This document shows positions 48,338 through 54,150 of a stretch of 64,000 bases of DNA, piece after piece (the stretch's first letter is position 1; the number at the start of each line of letters is the position of its first letter). The notes beneath the pieces are model-generated. The model ran no database searches. It saw only the letters and a program-made list of their open reading frames with translations, and was not told the origin of the DNA. The DNA is taken from contig CALHQH010000046.1 in assembly GCA_938036625.1 (NCBI GenBank), positions 11,034-75,033 on the forward strand. The letters run 5' to 3'. Origin of the DNA: an uncultured Candidatus Saccharibacteria bacterium (GTDB taxonomy: Bacteria > Patescibacteriota > Saccharimonadia > Saccharimonadales > Saccharimonadaceae). The translations under genes and the position numbers were made by a program.

Positions 48338-50005
48338 CTACAACCGCTCCGGCGCTTCGATACCGAGCAGAGCAAGGCCAGCAGCCAGGGTGTCGCGGTA
48401 GCGCTGCACCAGGGCGAGGCGCTCGGCCTGGCGCGGGCTGCCAACGACACGGTTTTTCTCGTAGAAGCGGTTAAATTCTTGGGCAAGCTCATAGAGGTAG
48501 TGGCAGATGCCATGCACAAGATACTCGCGGGCAGCCTTCTCGACAACCTCTGAGTATTCGCTCAGCTTGCGCAGGAGGAGGCGCTCGTCATCAGTGCAAT
48601 CGGTTGGCTCGGCAGGCTCGGCACTCGCCTTGGCCAGGATGCTGCAGGCCCGAGCATGAGCGTATTGAATGTAGGGGCCAGAGTTACCCTGCAGGCTCAC
48701 CGTCTCGTCCATATCAAAGGCGATATCGTTGCCCATACGATACTTCGCAAAGGCGTATTTGATCGCCCCAAGTGCTACATGACGCTGCACCACCGGGTCT
48801 GTAGTGAGGTTTGCCACACGCTCTTGGACGATGGTGAGTACGTCGGCCGCTCGTGCCACATTGCCCAGGCGCGAACTCATCTTGCTACCATCGCCAAAGC
48901 GCACCGTACCATTGGTCAGGTGGGTCATCCGCCCAGCTAGCTCAGGCCGGAAGAGCTCTGCCGCAGCATACACCACGCGCATATACTCCTTTTGGTCGTT
49001 GCCAGTAATAAGAATCCGGTGGTCGAAGTGGTAGTCTGCTACTTCTTTCCAGATAACGCCAATATCCTTTGTCTCATACGTCGGCAAGCCGTTTGATGTG
49101 ACGAAGACGCGGGTGTGCAGATGCTTCGCGGGATCACCGACGAAGACCACTGCCCCCTCAGAACGCTGCAAATTCCCTCGCTCCAGCTGCTCGTGCACCA
49201 CGGCCAGGCCAATCGGTGCAGTGCTACTCTCGGGGATATAGTCAAGATGATCAACCTGAATCATCGTATAGAAGGCATCGAAGTAATCCAAGCTCCACTG
49301 GCGCGTCGTCCAATAGATCTGAGCGAGCGGCGTATTGTGCTCATCATGCTCGTGGTAGCTGTAGACGAGCTTGTTAAACTCAATAATCTCCTGCTTCGCC
49401 GTCTCGTTCTCTTCGTACGCCTTAGCACCGATCACATAAGCCTGGCTAATCCACCGCGCCCGAGCAAAGACATCGCTCTCTACCTCTGTTAATTTCTCTG
49501 GCAGCTCGCCGCCCAGCGTGTGGCGCATCCCCCACAAACACTTAGCAACGTGCAGGCCGACATCGCCACCAAAGCTGGCTCGGTCTACCGACGCGCCGAC
49601 CGACTCGATGATCCGCGCCAATATATCGCCATACACCGTCTGGTACAAGTGGCCAGTGTGCAGCTCCTTAAAGGCGTTGGGGCAGCTATATTCCAGCGTG
49701 TAGCGCATGCCGCCGCCATAGATCTGCTGCGGTGCGGTATTGGCCGCCTGCCACAGCGCTGCGTCGCTCAGGCGGAGATTAATAAAGCCCGGGCCAGCCA
49801 CGCTCACGTCAGAAAACTGGCCAGTCTGGCGCAGCACCGCTGCCACCTCCTCGGCAATCTCGCGCGGCTTCTTGCCCAGTGGCTTGGCAAGCTTGAGGGC
49901 AACGTTGGTCGCAAAATCACCAAATTTCGGCTCCGGCCGCGTTAATTCCACCGGCGGTGTTTGTTGATAAAGAGTATATACTGCATCACGAATCGTCTGT
50001 TCCAT
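48338..50005 (-). CDS. argS: arginine--tRNA ligase
   Basis: SCPNAFKELHTGHL (HIGH-type motif), MSSRLG (KMSKS-type motif), and an anticodon-binding C-terminus. Start is MEQTIRD. Confidence 0.95.
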   Translation of the reverse strand: MEQTIRDAVYTLYQQTPPVELTRPEPKFGDFATNVALKLAKPLGKKPREIAEEVAAVLRQTGQFSDVSVAGPGFINLRLSDAALWQAANTAPQQIYGGGMRYTLEYSCPNAFKELHTGHLYQTVYGDILARIIESVGASVDRASFGGDVGLHVAKCLWGMRHTLGGELPEKLTEVESDVFARARWISQAYVIGAKAYEENETAKQEIIEFNKLVYSYHEHDEHNTPLAQIYWTTRQWSLDYFDAFYTMIQVDHLDYIPESSTAPIGLAVVHEQLERGNLQRSEGAVVFVGDPAKHLHTRVFVTSNGLPTYETKDIGVIWKEVADYHFDHRILITGNDQKEYMRVVYAAAELFRPELAGRMTHLTNGTVRFGDGSKMSSRLGNVARAADVLTIVQERVANLTTDPVVQRHVALGAIKYAFAKYRMGNDIAFDMDETVSLQGNSGPYIQYAHARACSILAKASAEPAEPTDCTDDERLLLRKLSEYSEVVEKAAREYLVHGICHYLYELAQEFNRFYEKNRVVGSPRQAERLALVQRYRDTLAAGLALLGIEAPERL

Positions 50006-50011
50006 GATTAT

Positions 50012-50017
50012 AGTATA
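50012..50017 (-). promoter_or_regulatory. -10 box TATACT, 6 nt upstream of the argS ATG
   Basis: Minus strand reads TATACT ataatc ATG. Confidence 0.5.
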
Positions 50018-50056
50018 CAACAGATGCGGCGCAAAAATAACGAGGCAGCAAGAAGA

Positions 50057-51670
50057 CTACGCCTTGCCCTTGGCTCGCTTCTGCCGCTTGAGTGCCGCTT
50101 GCACTAGGCCAGCAAAGAGCGGGTGAGCCCGGAATGGCCGCGAGGTAAACTCTGGATGAGCCTGGGTCGCAACAAAGTAGTCGCAGGTCGGTGCCTCGAC
50201 GAACTCGACCAGCCTGCCATCGGGTGACGTACCCGACACCACAATCCCGCCCGCATTAATGGCAGCGAGATGCGCTTGATTCACCTCATAGCGGTGGCGA
50301 TGACGCTCCACGACCTCTGTTGTGCCATATGTTTTGGCAGTGCGTGAGCCAGCCTGCAGCACCGCCGGGTAGTTGCCTAGGCGCATCGTCCCACCAGTCG
50401 ATTGCTTGCCCTGCTGGTCAGGCATAAGGTAGATGACGGCATCATCCGGCGCGGCACCACACTCCGCACTACCAGCCTGGGCCAAGCCACCACGGCGGGC
50501 AGCGGCAATCACCGCCACCTGCATTCCCAGGCAGATGCCAAGATATGGTACATTGTGCTGCAAGCAGTAACTGGCCGCCGCAATCTTCCCTTCTACCCCG
50601 CGCTTGCCAAAGCCACCGGGCACTACCACCGCATCCACAGCGCTGAGCGCTGCGTCGGTCACTGTCTCGGCATTGATCCATTGGATCGTCACCTCGCTGC
50701 GGTGCGCCCAGGCCGCTGCTTTGAGCGCCTCAGTGATAGAGAGATAGGTATCGGCATTATCAACATATTTCGCCACGAGGCCAATCGTCAGTCGCTGGCG
50801 ATAGGTCTGGCTATCGTGCCGGACAAGCTGCTGCCAACGCGTCATATCTGGCGCTGTATCATTACCGGTAAAGCTCGCCAGCACCGGGCCCAATTCGCGC
50901 GCTACCATCAGAGGTACTTTATAGACCGTATCGACATTTGGCATCATAATGATCCCCTCTGGCCGCACCCCACTGGCAATGGCAATCTTATCCGCCACAC
51001 CACGCGGCGGGGCGATGCTACCCTCGGTGCGGACTGCCACGACATCGGGCATGATGCCAAAGCCACGCAGGTCGGCCATGGCATTCTGGGCTGGCTTGGT
51101 CTTGTACTCCTGGCTGGTCGCAAGAAACGGCACATACACCACATGGACGAAGAGGCAATGCTCGCGCCCCACCTCTAATGAGAATTCGCGGATCGCCTCA
51201 ACGAAGCTGAGCCCCTCATAATCTCCCACCGTGCCACCAATCTCCACAATATGCACTTGCCCCGCCGCCGCCTGGTGGATGGCTCGCTTGATCGCTTGAG
51301 TAAGGTGCGGCACCAGCTGCACCGTCTGGCCACCAAACCTCCCGGCCCGCTCATCGGCGATCAAATCACGCAGCAGCCGCCCCGCCAGTGTAGCATTGCG
51401 CTGGGTAAGCTCGAGGTCTAAAAAGCGCTCGTAGTGGCCAAGGTCGAGATCGGTCTCCGCTCCATCTTTAGTAACGAAGCACTCACCATGCTCCTTGGGG
51501 TTAAGCAGCCCAGCATCAACGTTGAGGTACGGGTCGCACTTTTGCACCGAGACAGATAAGCCCTTAGCCTGCAACACCGCGCCAATACTGGCCGCCGTGA
51601 TGCCCTTACCCACCCCAGAGAGTACCCCACCGGTGACAAAAATAAACTTTGGTTGGTGTGTCTGTGTCAT
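50057..51670 (-). CDS. pyrG: CTP synthase
   Basis: KFIFVTGGVLSGVGKGITAAS.., with glutaminase motifs GICLGMQ and HRHRYEVN. GAGGGAG RBS. Confidence 0.95.
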   Translation of the reverse strand: MTQTHQPKFIFVTGGVLSGVGKGITAASIGAVLQAKGLSVSVQKCDPYLNVDAGLLNPKEHGECFVTKDGAETDLDLGHYERFLDLELTQRNATLAGRLLRDLIADERAGRFGGQTVQLVPHLTQAIKRAIHQAAAGQVHIVEIGGTVGDYEGLSFVEAIREFSLEVGREHCLFVHVVYVPFLATSQEYKTKPAQNAMADLRGFGIMPDVVAVRTEGSIAPPRGVADKIAIASGVRPEGIIMMPNVDTVYKVPLMVARELGPVLASFTGNDTAPDMTRWQQLVRHDSQTYRQRLTIGLVAKYVDNADTYLSITEALKAAAWAHRSEVTIQWINAETVTDAALSAVDAVVVPGGFGKRGVEGKIAAASYCLQHNVPYLGICLGMQVAVIAAARRGGLAQAGSAECGAAPDDAVIYLMPDQQGKQSTGGTMRLGNYPAVLQAGSRTAKTYGTTEVVERHRHRYEVNQAHLAAINAGGIVVSGTSPDGRLVEFVEAPTCDYFVATQAHPEFTSRPFRAHPLFAGLVQAALKRQKRAKGKA

Positions 51671-51724
51671 ACAATCTCCCTCTCGCGTTCTATTGTAGCA
51701 TGTATCCATAAGCAGTATACCAGC

Positions 51725-51747
51725 AAAAAACCAGCCTGGTAGCTGGC
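51725..51747 (-). terminator. short GC hairpin plus U6 after the 76-aa ORF
   Basis: CCAGC pairs with GCTGG, followed by TTTTTTGC on the minus strand. Confidence 0.5.
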
Positions 51748-51773
51748 TTCTGCTGGTTATTGATACGCGCCAC

Positions 51774-52004
51774 CTATTGGCAGCCCTCGCACATGGTTAG
51801 CTCCGCTGGATCTGGCATAATAACAGGAGTGCCACTCGCCGCTGCTTGGTCGATGGCAACCTGCTGAGCAGCCAGCAGTGCCTGCTCGATAGCGTCAAGC
51901 TTTTCCTCCAGCGTCATGTCGTCCGTCAGCTGAGGCTTGCTAGTCTGCGCCTGCGTGGTTGCTGGATCGGTTGTTGGTGATGTCGTTTGTGTCGTCTGCG
52001 TCAT
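51774..52004 (-). CDS. 76-aa protein with T/Q-rich N-terminus, one predicted helix and a C-terminal ..LTMCEGCQ
   Basis: Codon usage resembles core genes (CTG, GAG, CAG). It has its own terminator. No clear SD. Confidence 0.5.
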   Translation of the reverse strand: MTQTTQTTSPTTDPATTQAQTSKPQLTDDMTLEEKLDAIEQALLAAQQVAIDQAAASGTPVIMPDPAELTMCEGCQ

Positions 52005-52045
52005 ATATTATTCGCTACCCGTTTTTTAGTTATAGTGTCTATTGT

Positions 52046-52061
52046 ACGCTATATATAGCGT
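52046..52061. promoter_or_regulatory. perfect palindrome ACGCTATATATAGCGT (NrdR-box-like)
   Basis: Seen directly, 42 nt upstream of ATG 52004 and 2 nt after the stop of the upstream gene. Confidence 0.4.
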
Positions 52062-52062
52062 T

Positions 52063-52458
52063 TTATGCAAGGTAATGCACCCAATTTTCTGTTGTGGAAT
52101 TATCATCCAGCTGGCCAATCGGTGCAACATACCACTGCGGCTGGGCACACTGCGGGCGGAAGCTCCCCAGCTTAGCCGTATATACCTCGGTGATGGCCGC
52201 GACTTCGTCCTCGCGGGCTTCGCGCACCGTGGTGTGGAGATAGACAGCCTGCTTCGCGTCATTCCACACCACAAACTCTGCCCGCCCAGTGCGAAAGGCA
52301 TTGTGCGAGTGGCGCGCCTCACGATCAGACAGCCAGGCAATCATATCCCCCACCCGGACAAAGTGCAGTGGCGTCACCAGCGGCGTGCGGTCGCGATTCA
52401 CCGTAGCCAGCGCACCAACTGGGACTGTATCGAGGATGTTTTGCGTCAGGGTATTCAT
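52063..52458 (-). CDS. pyridoxamine 5'-phosphate oxidase-like FMN-binding split-barrel protein
   Basis: VPVGALATVNRDRTPLVTPLHFV..AEFVVWND. 131 aa, general PNPOx-like pattern. Confidence 0.7.
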   Translation of the reverse strand: MNTLTQNILDTVPVGALATVNRDRTPLVTPLHFVRVGDMIAWLSDREARHSHNAFRTGRAEFVVWNDAKQAVYLHTTVREAREDEVAAITEVYTAKLGSFRPQCAQPQWYVAPIGQLDDNSTTENWVHYLA

Positions 52459-52516
52459 GATGGCTATATTCCTTTCGTATCTAATTTGCGAATATTATTT
52501 ATTGCATCAGCGGGCC

Positions 52517-52632
52517 GCTCTCGCTCCATTGCCAGACAAGAAAATATCTGGAGGCCAGCTACTTAGCAAGCGGAAGATTGCTGTAGTATTAATCTGGCCG
52601 GAACATTTTCGGTCTGGTGATGGAGCGAGAGC
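52517..52632 (+). repeat. structured repeat copy A (about 116 nt extended hairpin), just downstream of nrdB
   Basis: Outer stem GCTCTCGCTCCAT.GCCAGAC pairs with GTCTGG..ATGGAGCGAGAGC. Inner stems are GAAAAT/ATTTTC, GGCCAG/CTGGCC and AGCAA/TTGCT, the last with loop GCGGAAGA. Confidence 0.7.
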
Positions 52633-52681
52633 TCTTGTAAGGCCAGTAGAATTAAGACTTTTCTGTTCTTGCCAATATCTG

Positions 52682-53659
52682 CTACTTCGTCGTATTCACC
52701 TCATAACTCGTATTGGTACTCTCGAAGAAGTTCACCAGCTCCAGCGTGTCGTTGGCGGCGGCCATCCACTTGGCTGGGTTGGTGACGTTGTACTCTGGCT
52801 CAAAGCCCAGCTCTTCCAGCCGCCGGTCGGTCATGTACATCACATATTGGTTGACGTAGTCGGCGTTGAGGCCCAGGATACCACGCGGCAGCATGTCTTT
52901 GTTATACGCCTTTTCGAGCTCAACGGCTTCCAGGATCAGGCTGCGGATTTCGTCGGCAAATTCCTCGGTTTGTAGATCTGGGTTTTCGTGCAGAATCGTC
53001 AGTAGCAGGTTAATGCCAAACTCCAGGTGTAGATTTTCATCCTTCGTCACCCAGTCGAGCAGCGTGCCGACGTTGCGCAGCAGATTGCGCCGGCGGAAGC
53101 TCATCCCCACCATAAAGCCACTGTAGAACCAGATCCCCTCTAGCACGATATTATACGCCACCAGGTTGCGCACAAAATCCTTCTTGCCCTCCAGCGTCGT
53201 CACATCCGGGCGCTCCTCCATCATGCGCGTAACGTATTTGGTCTGGAAGGCAGCTTTATCGGCCAGGGATTTTTTGCCCCAGCCGGCGGCATAAATTTCC
53301 TCACGGTCAAACGGGAAGGTCTCGATAATATACTCGAACGTCATAAAGTGATTGGCCTCTTCCCACATCTGCTTCGAAAGATACAGGTGGCACTCGGCGG
53401 CATTAACACAGGGGTAAATACCAAAAGCCAGCGATTTATTAATCAGCAGCTCGTTGGGATTAAGGTAGCTAATCACCGTCTTCAGGGCATGCTTTTCGTC
53501 CTCGCTCAATTTCTCAAAATCGGCCAAATCCTGGCTTAGCTGCACCTCATTGGGGAACCACGTGTTAGCCACCGCTTGGTTGTATAAGCGGTACGCCCAG
53601 TCATAGCGCACCGGCTTGAGCTGCAAGCCATCGCGTACGCCTGATCCTAGAATGCCCAT
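52682..53659 (-). CDS. nrdB: ribonucleotide reductase small subunit, class Ic-like (Phe at the radical-Tyr position)
   Basis: Metal ligand pattern is E70, E101-x-x-H104, LEGIWF and KDENLH. Residue H104+4 is F108. AAGGAGG RBS. Confidence 0.85.
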   Translation of the reverse strand: MGILGSGVRDGLQLKPVRYDWAYRLYNQAVANTWFPNEVQLSQDLADFEKLSEDEKHALKTVISYLNPNELLINKSLAFGIYPCVNAAECHLYLSKQMWEEANHFMTFEYIIETFPFDREEIYAAGWGKKSLADKAAFQTKYVTRMMEERPDVTTLEGKKDFVRNLVAYNIVLEGIWFYSGFMVGMSFRRRNLLRNVGTLLDWVTKDENLHLEFGINLLLTILHENPDLQTEEFADEIRSLILEAVELEKAYNKDMLPRGILGLNADYVNQYVMYMTDRRLEELGFEPEYNVTNPAKWMAAANDTLELVNFFESTNTSYEVNTTK

Positions 53660-53784
53660 TATTACCTCCTTGTTGTATTACTTAATAATTTCGTATCTAA
53701 TAATTTTTACCAGTCGTATTCTACTCGTCATATCCCCCGACACGTTCTCCATCTTCTGGACTAGCCTCTGGATACTAGATAATC

Positions 53785-54147
53785 CTACGATTCTGGATCA
53801 ATCGATGGCGTCTCGTCAGATATTTGACCATCCTGCTCTTCAGCACTCGCATCAGTGCCAAAAATATCGAGCTCCGGCTGGGTCCACCCTTGAGGCTTAT
53901 CGGGGTGGTATATATTCCCCATACCTCGGCTATCCCACGACGGGTCACTTGCCGTTACGTCGCCAGGCACAGCGTGGACATCGCTGTCTTTGTGCGTGCT
54001 ATTCACCCCCTCCAGTGCTGCAGCGCCAACACCACGGCTCACACTCAAGGTGGCCAATTCGGCTCGCTCTGAGAGCGGCAACTTAGCAAAGTCTATCATG
54101 TCTTGCTCACCCCTCATCCCTGCTACTGAGGTTTTTTCTTCGTACAT
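53785..54147 (-). CDS. acidic 120-aa ORF between nrdA and nrdB, in frame with nrdA
   Basis: The junction on the minus strand reads nrdA ..GAG GAG TAG ATT ATG. The AGGAGGAG at the end of nrdA could serve as an RBS. First codon positions are G-rich. No Cys, no motif recognised. Confidence 0.5.
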   Translation of the reverse strand: MYEEKTSVAGMRGEQDMIDFAKLPLSERAELATLSVSRGVGAAALEGVNSTHKDSDVHAVPGDVTASDPSWDSRGMGNIYHPDKPQGWTQPELDIFGTDASAEEQDGQISDETPSIDPES

Positions 54148-54150
54148 AAT

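Noticed and set aside
52517-52632. The roughly 100-nt hairpin as SRP (4.5S) RNA, because of the long hairpin with a GGAA-containing apical loop, or as an integron attC site.
   Set aside because: It is present in three copies. It lacks the conserved SRP domain IV motifs (GGAAGCAGCC and the symmetric loop). It lacks attC R''/R' cores (RYYYAAC and GTTRRRY). No integrase is nearby.
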